A stretch of 55,953 bases of DNA, filler included, from Trypethelium eluteriae (lineage: Eukaryota), in the NCBI GenBank assembly GCA_051942245.1. It is 3 parts of 3 records of this genome, joined end to end, with 100 filler letters (N's around TTAATTAATTAA, not from the genome) between each part and the next. Parts side by side here need not be neighbours in the genome. Positions count along the whole stretch, not along the records: positions 1 to 18,641 come from JAVECL010000553.1; 2 more parts are not named here. One strand, written 5' to 3'. Of the stretch, positions 1-11,230 are shown one piece after another. A program made the translations under genes and the position numbers. The notes beneath the pieces are model-generated. The model was not told where the DNA came from. It searched no databases and saw nothing but the letters and a program-made list of their open reading frames with translations. Positions within the stretch are counted from its first letter, which is position 1. Each line of letters starts with the position of its first letter.

Positions 1-510
1 CTGCCCCCGATCCCTCGGATAAAACTGACACACCGCCCGTCCACCCCTCCTCAAACACGCAAACAAGCCCGCAAAAAACCGCGCCAGCCGCCCGGCCGCA
101 CTCTCCTCACTGCTCTCCACATTGCACAACCACTGCACCGCCGAGATGCTCAGCGCGCCATCGAACGTCCCCGGCCGAAACGGAATCCCCTGCCCCGCGT
201 CACCCAGAAACAAGTCGCCCTCGACGTCGCGCTCTAGCGCCACTCCCAGCATCGAGCTGGAGATGTCGAGCCCGATCCATTGGTGTGGCCCGCCGGAGGA
301 GGCGGGCAGCGACGAGAGCAACGTGCCGGAGAGGCCGGAGCCGCAGCCGATGTCGAGGATGAGGGAAGGGGAGGGCAGGGCGAGGAGGGAGAGTGCGCGG
401 TGCGTCATGAGGGTTTGGATGTGCTGGATGCGCGAGGAGGTGGTGTATTTGTGGGCTTCGGTGTCGTTGTAGTAGAGATCGGGGGGGAGGTGGTCTTCAG
501 GGCGGGACAT
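1..510 (-). CDS. BUD23: 18S rRNA (guanine-N7)-methyltransferase Bud23/WBSCR22, 5' part (runs off the window start)
   Basis: ATG at 510 on the minus strand, open to base 1: MSRPEDHLPPDLYYNDTEAHKYTTSSRIQHIQ...ILDIGCGSGLSG...WIGLDISSSML...GQGIPFRPGTFDGALSISAVQWLCN. This is the diagnostic Bud23 N-terminus plus SAM-binding motif. It is missing from the ORF track because no stop falls inside the window. Confidence 0.95.
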   Translation of the reverse strand, partial: MSRPEDHLPPDLYYNDTEAHKYTTSSRIQHIQTLMTHRALSLLALPSPSLILDIGCGSGLSGTLLSSLPASSGGPHQWIGLDISSSMLGVALERDVEGDLFLGDAGQGIPFRPGTFDGALSISAVQWLCNVESSEESAAGRLARFFAGLFACLRRGGRAVCQFYPRDRGQ

Positions 511-980
511 GTTGGGTTGAAAAGGTTTGGAGTATTAGTTGCTGTTTTTAATCCCCGGTTGGGGAGTCGGAGTGGGAGGTTCGTGAGTGATGGGTGGAGA
601 GATGAGGGCGCGAGAAATTGTAGATCCAAAATATCAGTATACCTTACTACCTTATACTTATCGATAAGGAATCAACTGTCTTTGCGGGGAGCTGGTTGGC
701 GTAAATTTCCTATTCTCTGCGCAAAGTCCTGCCATACAGGTAGATCATCTGAAACCTTCGAAGTCTTTCTGGTGAAAATTGTCCGGTTCCTTGTTCGAAC
801 GAAGCCTGGCGGAGCTAATGGGCTTTTGCGTTGGAAGCTTGCGATGCGTGAGATCCAACGTCATGGCTCGGCTTGTGCCCTTGCAGATGTCGATCGTTCA
901 TGACAGCTTTACCGTGCCGTGGTACCCCCGATAGATTGAACTTACTTCTCCACAAGGCCAATGCCTCGCATTTTGTCACA

Positions 981-1898
981 ATGTGGATCCTGCCTCTCCT
1001 GGGTTATATAGGCGTCATTTTGGGCTTCTCTTTTCTCACACTCTCGATTGGTAAGCTTCTGCTGACCACAGTCTTGCTCCCGTCTGCGGAGCCGCAATAG
1101 AGCTAACCTTTTCGTCGCAGCCTCCGGACTCTACTACCTCTCGGAACTGGTAGAAGAGCATACGGTCATTGCCAAAAAGATCCTCACCTACCTGATCTAC
1201 TCTGTTGTCGTCGTCCAAATTCTCCTAGTTCTCGTGGACAAATTCCCCCTCGGCTTGACTGCTGTAGGGGTTGCCAGCCATGGCGTGTACTCTCTGAACC
1301 TTCGCCGCTTTCCTATTGTTAAGCTTACGGACCCTACATTCCTGATCAGCTGCAGTAAGACCTTTCAATTTGAGCAGCAATATCGAAAACCTAATGCTCG
1401 AACCCAAAAACCTGCTTCTCAACATTCAGTCTCCAAACCATCGGTCAGCCCACCACCACTAATCTTCCCGTAGTTCTCGTCCTTCTAAATCACTACCTCT
1501 GGTTCCGACACTTCTCCGCTCATCCCTCGCCTCCTTCCTCCCGCTACTCCAATCCCTCCTCAAGCTCCTACACTTCGTCTTCGATCTACGGGCCCGACGA
1601 GCTTCCTCCCACCTTCACGGACGTCGCATCTTACTTCGGGCTCTGCGTCTGGCTTGTCCCATTCGCGCTCTTCGTATCGTTATCAGCTGGCGAAAATGTC
1701 CTCCCAAGCATGGGCAGCGAATATGCGACAGGGGAAGGGAGTAGTTTTGTGAGTGCCGGTAAAGAGCCCGGGAAAGGCCCGGGACAGGGAAGGGAGGGCA
1801 TGGCGAAGGCCGTGGTGAATGGCATTAGGGAATGGGTCGGGGAGACGGGAGAGCTAATGGGGTTTTGGAAGGGCGAGAGGACGAAGAAGGTATTTTGA
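981..1898 (+). CDS. SVP26: Svp26/TEX261 ER-Golgi membrane cargo adaptor
   Basis: Exons 981-1050, 1121-1354 and 1474-1898 (introns GTAAGC..GCTAAC..CAG and GTAAGA..CTAAT..TAG). Spliced protein MWILPLLGYIGVILGFSFLTLSIASGLYYLSELVEEHTV...ASYFGLCVWLVPFALFVSLSAGENVLP matches the Svp26 family. Confidence 0.92.
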
Positions 1899-2809
1899 CG
1901 AGGAGAAGGTGAGCGCGAAGGAAGGGATGAGATATGTATTTGACGCACTTTTTGATACCAACGTGGCGGGGACAAGCATAGCGATAGAGGTGATGGAAGT
2001 GTTTGACGAGCGCCGCGAATCTATTAAGTTCACTGGGACGAACCCTTGAAAATTTCGATATAAAACAGCTTAGAGAACCCCACATTTCAAGTTCCTAAAG
2101 TTGAAAGCACAGCGACTTGGAGAGGCGAACCGCCATAAATTAGACCCTGTGGACATAAAATTCTGGAGCATCTTGTGAAGATCCCAACCAGCTAGACCAG
2201 CTCCCCTTTCAATCGTCTTACCATCCTAAATGCCACAGTGGGGAAAGGAAAGTCCAACCGCGGGAGAATTCACGAGCTACAGTATACTACATATTGCGAT
2301 GGTGTAGAGCTTGGAGAACAGACAGGTCATTCAAGATTGCCAAGATACAGGTCCAAGAAATATGGGGATAATCTCTTGTGCATGAGCCGGGGATTCGTCA
2401 TGCTAACGAATTGCAGCGAGAAGTGTGTTCGCCAGCCACGGCGCTCCTCCGCAAGGACATGGCTGATGGCATGGCTTATTTTCCATTGAGCACACCACCC
2501 AGAGCAGTGTTCCTGCTTACAAAATAACATATCTGCAATTGACTTCGATTTTTACGTCAGTGGAGTGGTAGTTGAGCAAGCAATGCAAAGAGATGGTTAA
2601 GGAGAAGTATAGTCACGGTTCCCAAACCATCTAATCCACGGCAACCTCTTCAACTGAAGTCCAAAATGAGGCGGAAAATTGAGCGGGATGATGTAGAGAA
2701 CTTACCCGGCTACTAAGAGGCTCACTTACATTTCACAAATTTATTGCTAAGCGTGGCTTTGGCGCACCGAAAAAGATCCATTGAAGACATGACATTAGTC
2801 TTCAATGCT

Positions 2810-3295
2810 CTAGTCGGCGGATAGGTAGCCACGATATTCCCACCGTGCTTCGTCGACGGGCCCAGCCTCTTGGCCCTCGTCTGCTTCGTCAACCCAGGCT
2901 TCCTCGTTGATTCCGTCTTCGTGAGGCGTAATTTGCGAGGGATTCTGCTCGGGCCAGTCTGTGATTTTGGAGAGTCCATAATCGTTCGGCTTAATAACAA
3001 TCAGCCTACTTCAAACGGGTCTCATCTTAAAGCAGTTATGGCTAACCTTTGCGTCAGGTTTCTTTTTGACATTTGAACCATCTTTACGTGGCCTACCAGA
3101 TTTTGGAGCATCTTTAATGTATTCATCCTTCATTTTAAGGGGACGACTACTGGGATCGAAGCCTCGCGAGCAGGCTCTGTCAAAGATGATAGTGGCTGTA
3201 CGCGTGGGGACCCCCGTAAAACTTGAGACCTGTGCAGAAGTGTATCCGAGAGCTCTGAGACCAACGACGAGACTTCTATTACTCAAATCATGCAT
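2810..3295 (-). mobile_element. Tc1/mariner transposase-derived N-terminal HTH; no DDE domain or TIRs seen; possibly expressed as a spliced 142-aa protein
   Basis: ORF 3295-3011 has an HTH-like segment followed by DAPKSGRPRK, the AT-hook-like GRPR linker of Tc1 transposases. A second frame at about 2937-2861 reads RKLRLTKTESTRKPGLTKQTRAKRL, resembling the fungal Tc1 KTKPTRKPGLT...RL motif that precedes the DDE domain. Candidate intron 3046-2990. Confidence 0.6.
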
Positions 3296-4233
3296 TTTTG
3301 AGTGAGGTAAAAAGAAAAGGTGTTGAGAAATAATGAGGCTTCGTTGGGTGAAGTCTTGAAGATGGGGCTTGAGCTTTGTACGTACCTTAGGTACTAAAGT
3401 TAGATAGGTATCGTCTTATGCACTAAATTTTAGTGCGGCAAGAACTTGGAGCATCCTTGACTGTAAGATGCATCTCCCTCGAGTGCAAGTATCCGTATGG
3501 ATTTCATCGGACTACTCGTCGCTAAAGCCAGAGCAATCATTTTCAGATAGCTTAAGACAATCATCCCAAAAATCAAAGATATCAATGAGGTAGTCTCAAT
3601 TGAGACTTGCAACTCTATCGGTATTAACGCATCAGAGCTCCCCGGGAAGCGCTCGAGCTCTAAAGATCTCAGCTTCTGTTATTCATAATATTAGCTTAAA
3701 GCCTTGTCACGTAGTCCTTTGAGCACGTCTGCTGACATTTCAATCCTCACATGGAGCCTTATTACCAAGCAATGATAGACTATCTGCAAGCCAGAGCAAG
3801 CCAGCGGAGACTTCTATGGGATTGATGTGACGCCATGAACTCGTCACACGTAAATGGGGGAGATGTATCTGTAATCCGGAGTAAACAGGCTACGGAATTG
3901 GGCCGCTGGGTTCTTTGATATCGTTAGTCCATCATAAATCCAAGAGTCTTTTGAGACCAAGCTCCTTTTACTGTCGGCCTACAATTATCAATTACTGTAT
4001 TTGTAAGCATCCAAATCAATCGACTTCGGTTGTCTATTTAGCCTCCGACCCGGTTCGGACGTGATACAGTTGACAAAATAGCATTCACCGGTCCCACAAC
4101 GCAGACCTTTTGGTCGTGCAAGCCAGGAGACTGGTTGGGAGGAAGAAATGTACAAGAACACGTCTTCATACGGCGAAAACGGGCATCTGAAAGACAGAGA
4201 ATATCCTGTCTTCATTTCTCAAGATCCCTTACT

Positions 4234-5107
4234 ATGTCGAATCGAATTGTATTCATTCTCGGCGCTGGTCCAAACATTGGACATCATGTTGCACTTGCCT
4301 TCAAATCTCGAGGATACAGTGTAGCCATCGCGGCCAGAAGTCTCCGTGATAGGCGCAATGAGGAAGGCTTCCTCCAAATTCAGCTTGACCTCGCAGATAC
4401 ATCTGCTCTTCTAAACGCTTTTTCCAAGGTTAAGGATGCATTTGGCAGTCCTCCGAGCGTTGTCATTTACAATGGTTGGTGTCATCCAACTTAGACGTCC
4501 TCTGAGGGCCTTGCTAAGACTGCTTAGGGGCTTCTCGCACTGTCTTGGATCAAGCCGACCCACTCTCCTCAATTAATATGGCCCAAGTGTCTCGTGATAT
4601 GACTATAAATGCAATTAGCCCACTAATAGCGGCTAAATGTGCTGTCGCTGGGTTTGGCGAGCTGCCTGCTTCGTCTTCAAAAACATTTATACATACTGGC
4701 AACCAGCTCAACGTGTTACCCCGTCCTCCAGTTCTGGTCTTTGGGATGGGTAAGTCGGCTATTGCGAATGCAATAGTGGCGCTGACCAAGGCGTATGGAG
4801 TTCGGGGATATAGGTGAGTAACCCTTTTTGCAGAGAAGCACTTTTCGTGACAAATCTTTCGCTCCGGGTCGAAAGATTCCTCTAGGTTTCGGCGTACGAT
4901 AGACTGACACCCATGATTTGTAGGTTCTACTTCACGGATGAGCGCCAAAAGGATGGAGCCGCGGCTGAATTGGGTCGTGATGGGCCTGCACACGGAGCTC
5001 TGTATGTTGAACTGGCTGAATCGAGTGCTCAAGGACCTCCGCTCTATACTTTTGTCAAAGGAGAAGGATACAAGGACTTTGGAGAGATTGATCGCTCCTT
5101 AGCCTAA
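4234..5107 (+). CDS. Short-chain dehydrogenase/reductase (atypical)
   Basis: Exons 4234-4474, 4528-4813 and 4924-5107. Rossmann start IVFILGAGPNIG, then VVIYNG and the family C-terminal motif GYRFYFTDERQKDG. Confidence 0.85.
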
Positions 5108-5819
5108 GCCTTAGCGCACCATCCATCCTGGGGACTATGCATATGAAGGAAGAGTAAACTGCAAAAACATGGTGTGAAAAGACTAGGAGATAGTTTGACT
5201 GGAACATGAATTCCACTTCTTCGATTTCCTCATGCTCGAGTTTTGACATACTACTAAGCGTCTACAAGACCACGCCGGCCTTGGAGTTCATCTCTAAACA
5301 CTCACCCATGCGTGAAGTTGGATAAAGTAGTGATGCAGTCGAGCTTTTGAGATATCGTCTCTTCCTCGTGAGGTCCGTTCCATGAAGTCCAGCGCTGATC
5401 CCAAGGCATTGCTGTTTGTGGCCGGGTTGGAAGATAGCGGTGTTTTAGGGCAGATATTTCAGGTCTCAGCCAGCAAGATCAGACTTTTGAAGAACAAAGG
5501 ATGACCAATTGGTTGTAACGCATTCTACGTTCCATGAAATTCTAAAATAGTGCCGTTGTCATGGGTGGACACCCTGGATCACTGAAGAGATACAGTCGTT
5601 ATGTATTAAGAGGCTATCCGTTTAGGGCAAGCGTCAAACCACTTATCAACCACGCCGCCGATCATTCCCCCTGATCCCAGATCCTACGACTGCAACGCCA
5701 CGATGGAAGCTCTTGGTAGGCATTCAGCTAGTAGGCTATGCAAACGGGAATATGGTATTCTATATCATGTCGGCTGCTCTCATCCGTGTCCGCCATCCTT
5801 ACTAGGTTCAACATAGATC

Positions 5820-7361
5820 ATGTCATCCCCGAAATATGAAAGTCTTCCCTTGACCGAGCAGCCTAATACGGGCAATGCAAAGAAAAGGTTCTTTCTTCGT
5901 CGATTATGCAGCGTATTACTTCTGATCTCGCTCGCTTCCTTGTTTCTGTACTTTCTTGGCAATGTGGTTTTACTCTTCTTCGGAATTCTCTTCTCCCGAT
6001 TCCTCAATGAAACCGCCCCCCGAACGAGTGCCACCGCTGGATCCACCTTGGCCATTGGCTTTGATGTGACCGAATCATTCGGGTATGCTACTACACTTGA
6101 ATTGTGAGCCTATCAAAGTAGTCGCTAAGTCACATTTCCTCCATAGCTATGCATCCGTCCGCACACCCACAGGCGCCATCATCTGGCTCGCCAAATGCGG
6201 CACCGATACTGACTCCAGCTACCAAAATTCCATCATACGCCTTGGCCTTGACTCCTCAAGACACATGTCGTACGTCACCCTGCCCTCTCTCGCCACCTCC
6301 TTACCCCCATATTTCCGCAATCCCTCTCAACCACCCATACATCCACTAATCCTCAGCCCCCCTTCAGACCTCCCTACGAATGGTGGCACGACGCCGGCGT
6401 CCTCGCCGGCCTGAACGACCTCCCGCGCCAACTCGCCCGCCGCGCCCGCAAAGCCGTGCATCTCCCCGCCTCCTCCTCCGTCGCCACGCTCGCCTCCATG
6501 CTCGGCTGCCTCCGCTCCGGCGCGCAGCAGGAGCTCCCGAAGCACGCCTCTTCCTTCCCGGACACCGCGCCCCAGGACCTCAAGGTGACGCACGGCGTGC
6601 TCTCGACCCCTGACTTCGTCGCGCTGTATGATGAGGATGTGCACGACGCCGCGGAATACGCGGGAGTAACGCTGCTTGAGGAGGAGAGGAGCGGCTACTT
6701 TGCGCGTCAGCCGCGGCATGCGGCGGCGGCGTTTGCGGGGTATGGGTTGAATGGCGATTTGTCGAGGGAGGCGTTGAAGAATACGACGAGCAGAGAGGGG
6801 GAGTTGGTCGAGAAGCGAAATGTGGTGGCCGCGTACCTGACGAGGAGTGTGCTGGAGGTATCGTGCGAGACGAAGTGGACGAATCGGACGTGTCCGCTCG
6901 CGTGGGCACAGCATGTGGATTGTTTCCGTCGTGACCTGGGCTGGCCGCTGCAGGAGCTGAAGCACTATGAGGATGGAGGGGTGGCGCACTGGAAGGAGTA
7001 TCAGGAGGAGGTGAAGGCGCTGGTAAGGGACTGTGTGGTGAGGGAGATTCAGAATAATTATGTGAATTCTGGGGATATGAACGTGACGGATGTGTTAATG
7101 CTTGGAGAGAAAGGGGGATCGAGGGTTTTCGGATCGCTAGTGGAAGGAGCTCTGAAGGAGCTGCAGACTCCAACACCCAGGTGGTATGGGCTGATTGAGC
7201 AGGGCGGCATCGATACAGGAGAAGCAGCATGGAAAGCGAGTGAGGGGGCAGCGCAGATTGCATGGAGGATACTCAATGGGCCGTCGTTGGATGGGGATGA
7301 TTACGAGTGTGGCATTGAGCAGAGAAGGAAACTGACCAACGCGAACGGGATTCGGTATTGA
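5820..7361 (+). CDS. Hypothetical fungal protein with an N-terminal TM anchor; possible degenerate actin/Hsp70-like fold
   Basis: A hydrophobic TM (CSVLLLISLASLFLYFLGNVVLLFFGILF) is followed by AIGFDVTESFG. Introns at about 6083-6147 and 6270-6367 join the ORF pieces to the long 6456-7361 frame (DLPRQLARRARKAVHLPASS...VLMLGEKG). The fold assignment is inference. Confidence 0.7.
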
Positions 7362-7830
7362 TGTTGTAGTATAATAGTTTGAGAGGGCGTCCATTAGAAA
7401 GAGGGGGAAGACCTTGGAATATAGCGTTTTGTACCCAGAGCCTAACAATGAATTAAACTGCTAGCACGGGCGTCTCAGGTCTTCCTCGTGCCTAGCAAGG
7501 GTTTGGAGTTCGATTTGAGTAGGGACTGTGCACACACCCAACCGTGGTGTCTGAATGAAACGAGCTTTGAAGGATGTCAACAACTCCATTTTTCCTGGTC
7601 GGGAATCGTAGCCAGGCTCTAAAGGAACTGTGCAAAGCAGGTGAGATTGAGCAGGTCCAAAATTTGTAGCAGGCGCCGTCATCAGGCTTCCTACCCTCGT
7701 GCTAGAATCGAATTGTCTAATCGCAACTTTTATATCAACTCTCCACCAACGCAGAAAATACACATACTCTGCACTCCGCTATAGACACCAGTCAAACGCC
7801 CCTCCATGCCGGAACTTATGCCGTAAAGCG

Positions 7831-9048
7831 TCATGAATCAGTTTTCAGCCGTTCTAGATATTTCATTGTATCCTCCCTCTTGAAGCTAAAGGGACTCTTT
7901 CCCATTTCCGGACTCCGAGGCCCAATCGGACTAGCAAAAAGATCGTCTTCCTTATCCTCATCCTGCCTTTTCGACGGCCCCGTAGGTAGGTCGAAAGACG
8001 CGTCTCCAGCCGCAGCCGCGTTCAGCGAGCCCATGCCACCACCTGTACCATTTGCTCTCTGTTGCGCTAAGAGGCTCGCTGGCGGACCTTGCGATGCCAT
8101 GTTCACAGGGCGTTGAGGCGGCTTTGCAGCCATATTACCTTTGATCGCGGCGAAGGAGCCCACTGCTACGTCGGCCTCCTCGGGACTGAGCGGATTCTGT
8201 GCGGGTTGTTCCTGAGACCTTGATACTGGGCTCAGGGCACTCCCGCTGGTTCCCAGCTTCAATCCTCTCAGCTTCTCTGCTAGCCTGCCACCTCCCGGGG
8301 TCCGCGGGCTCGTCGGGCTTGTCGGCTGCTGTTGGTTGAGTCCGTCCTGCGCGTGTGGAATACTGATGCTAGGCCTCGCCGTGATGCCAAAATTCCGTTC
8401 TATCCATTCCTTCTCTTGTATGGCCATTTGCAATGCCACGCCCTCGACATTGTTCTTGCTCTCGGCGTCGATCTCGGCTTGCAGGGCTGATAATCGCTTC
8501 TTACCCCATACCGTATGTAATACGCCTTTCTTGCCAGCCTCGAGGGCCGATGCCCCGAGTTCAGGAGGAAATATAGCTGGGAGCGGATTGGTGGTCCATA
8601 CCACAGGTTTCTTGCTCTCGTCCCCCTTGGGTTTGAACGTCAGAGTGACGAGGCTAGGAACCGTTGCGCCGGGACCGAGCAAAAAGTAAAGTCGATGCAG
8701 GTCGGAAGAGGGTGATAAAGAGTCACTAGCGGGTAGAACCGTGCTTTTGCCTTCCCATGAAATTCGCCAATCCCCCCGAATGTTTCGTGTTTTATCATCA
8801 TCCTCCCATTCCACCATCAGAATCTTGGTCCCATCTTTACTACGACCTGGCTCGAACTCGAAGCGAGCTAGCGCTGTCGGATTCGATGTACTCGGAGACT
8901 CGACGTCGCCGGCGGTAGAAGAGGTTTTAGATGAGGCAGCCGCTCCATTTGCAGTAGGATCGACCGCTACGGCGGTATCTAGTCGGCTAAATGGCGAGCT
9001 TGAGGTCGGAGCAGCTCTAGTAGATGAACAAGTCCCGGCCGTCGCCAT
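7831..9048 (-). CDS. Conserved hypothetical fungal protein (intronless)
   Basis: Long open frame; first ATG at 9048 (MATAGTC...). Globular core RFEFEPGRSKDGTKILMVEWEDDD...WTTNPLPAIFPPEL...KKGVLHTVWGKKRL, followed by a low-complexity S/P-rich tail. Confidence 0.8.
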   Translation of the reverse strand: MATAGTCSSTRAAPTSSSPFSRLDTAVAVDPTANGAAASSKTSSTAGDVESPSTSNPTALARFEFEPGRSKDGTKILMVEWEDDDKTRNIRGDWRISWEGKSTVLPASDSLSPSSDLHRLYFLLGPGATVPSLVTLTFKPKGDESKKPVVWTTNPLPAIFPPELGASALEAGKKGVLHTVWGKKRLSALQAEIDAESKNNVEGVALQMAIQEKEWIERNFGITARPSISIPHAQDGLNQQQPTSPTSPRTPGGGRLAEKLRGLKLGTSGSALSPVSRSQEQPAQNPLSPEEADVAVGSFAAIKGNMAAKPPQRPVNMASQGPPASLLAQQRANGTGGGMGSLNAAAAGDASFDLPTGPSKRQDEDKEDDLFASPIGPRSPEMGKSPFSFKREDTMKYLERLKTDS

Positions 9049-11230
9049 TGAGCAGCAAGACCCCTCAATTGCTTGCAGGCCTTGGGCGCAAGTAAGCAGC
9101 AAGCACAAGGACGAGGGTGAGGAATTGTGAATGCGACTGCAAGCGCTGACTCTTTGAATGGCGCGTACTCCGTAGATACGGTTGGGACCTAGCTTGGCGA
9201 TAGTCAGACGAAATATCAAAAAGGTCGATTAGTCAAATGCGGATGCAACTCCAATGCTAGCAAGGCCTGGCCGGCAAGAGGACGCCAACGGGGGTCTCGT
9301 GGAACAACAGCATCGCGTTGCAGCTAGCCAAATTTCCCCAGCGGATTTAAGAATCGCGGGGCGCTTATGAGGTGAGGATGGAAGCTGTCCAGTCAAAAGG
9401 TGCGGAAAGGGTGGTTTCGTCCGGGATGGAGAAGTTGCTAAAATTAGCGTGGGCGGGCAATTGAGTAGGCGCGAGCGAAGGGGGGAACGAGGGGTGAACA
9501 CAGCGCTGGAACCGTCTGAGAACAGATGCAGAAGAGCTCCGAGACGAGAGAAGATTGGGCAGGAATTTTCTTCGGCGAGCTTCAGCCCTCCTTCTCCCCC
9601 CCTGCACTGTCGCTGGTTTGCTTGTTAGCCGGAGCGCCCGACCACCATCGACCTTTCCATCACTTCCGGACTGCATCTTCAAAACTTTCCGAAATACCCA
9701 TGTTCTATCATTATTCTTTAGCCCTGGCGGGACCTCCTTACGAGCCCAGCGACCAGGAGCTGACGAGACTGGATTACCTCATCAGGTAACCACCACCACG
9801 GTGCCACCACGGTGCCACCTGCCATCTACCACATCTTGCTTTTCATTAAACCACGGTTCGAGCTTACACGTGGTCCTGCAACGCTGACGCGTTAACGCGA
9901 GCTGCCAAGCCGTCCGGCTAGAGCATCAAATATCCAAAAGCCTGGTTCCGCATCCATGATGCTGACCATCCGAAGCATCTGTTGGACAATGTATGGATGT
10001 CTGACCGTTGCTTCGGAGAATTTTGCCGAGCCCGCAGCAGGGTTGCTCGCGAGAAGAGCTTCCGTGGCAATGACTCGGCCTGCATTCTGTGTCGAGTTAA
10101 TGAACTCCAACAATAGCCATCGACGATTGTCATTATTCTTCACCGTCCCTAGACTCCGGGGCTGAGGAACGGCAGAGTACTGGCCGCCGCTGCTTGGAAA
10201 CAAACATTCCGAAAGTTTCTGTCTTGACCTCGTGCTACTGCACGAATTGGGCAGAGTAATATGGACAATAAAGACTTCAGCATGACATAGCTGGTCAAAG
10301 CAGACCCTGACCGCATTTTGGGATCCATGGTTCCGACGTTTTACAGATGCGTACGTCACTTTCCATGCTTCTAGATTCTTTATCGAAGCTTTTGTCTCCT
10401 TTCGGTCGTAGTTCAGCATGCTGAAACTTGTTTCTCACGAGATCATTGATCGTTGACAAAGGTAGGATGTTCTTTGCAGCTTGCCTTATCTCGCAGAGAG
10501 TGCGACGCCCCTGATACGGAGTGCCCCTGAAGTTACGCTATCGAAACCAAGACACTCTACACCACTTTGCTCTAATTCCTACCAATGCCACGAATCAAGC
10601 TAGGTCGGCATGTCCTGAAATTTTATTGAATTTAACTTTTTTTCGTATTTCTTGCCAACTACTTAAGCTATGCAATACATGCAGATCCGAAGTACTTGAA
10701 CAAGGACCTGCATCTCTCTCTTGTCCTTTTTCACGCTCTTGTGTGCCAGTCCTGAAAATATCTATACATTTGCATCATCTCGATGCAGTCGGGCAGAGTT
10801 ACTCCGAAAGAGTGGCTCCTTGCTTTGATTGATGTGAGAGTGTGTACTGCTTTGACTGTGTAGAAACACGGTCGTTGGGGAAACATCGAAGAAGCAGCCC
10901 TATAGTACCTCCTGCGCCCTGACACCTTCCTCGTGCGCTATGCAGGAGTCGCAGGGCTAAGGGATAGGATGTTGGTGGGGGAATAGAAAATTACAAGGGG
11001 TATAAAGCTCTATAAGTATAGACAGAGAAGCGAAAGAAAAGGAAAAGGGGGTGAGACAAGATTAGATTGACCACCATCAATCTCAACTCCAATGCTTTCG
11101 TAAAACGTGTCGTAAGTAATCGTCAGTGTCGGAAACCTCGCCGAGTACAGTGAGGTCGCCTTAATCGCTCCCGAGAGACAAACATGGATGCATTGGACCC
11201 ACCAGGGGTGGCATAGGGGAAATTGACTAC

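Noticed and set aside
122..903. Plus-strand ORFs of 116 and 207 aa
   Set aside because: They are antisense shadows of BUD23 and its promoter, produced by skewed GC-rich codons.
9526..10419. Possible small spliced gene on + (ATG about 9700, donor about 9786) or the 175-aa minus-strand ORF
   Set aside because: No recognisable domain, an ambiguous acceptor and no coding-like bias; cannot be supported without RNA data.
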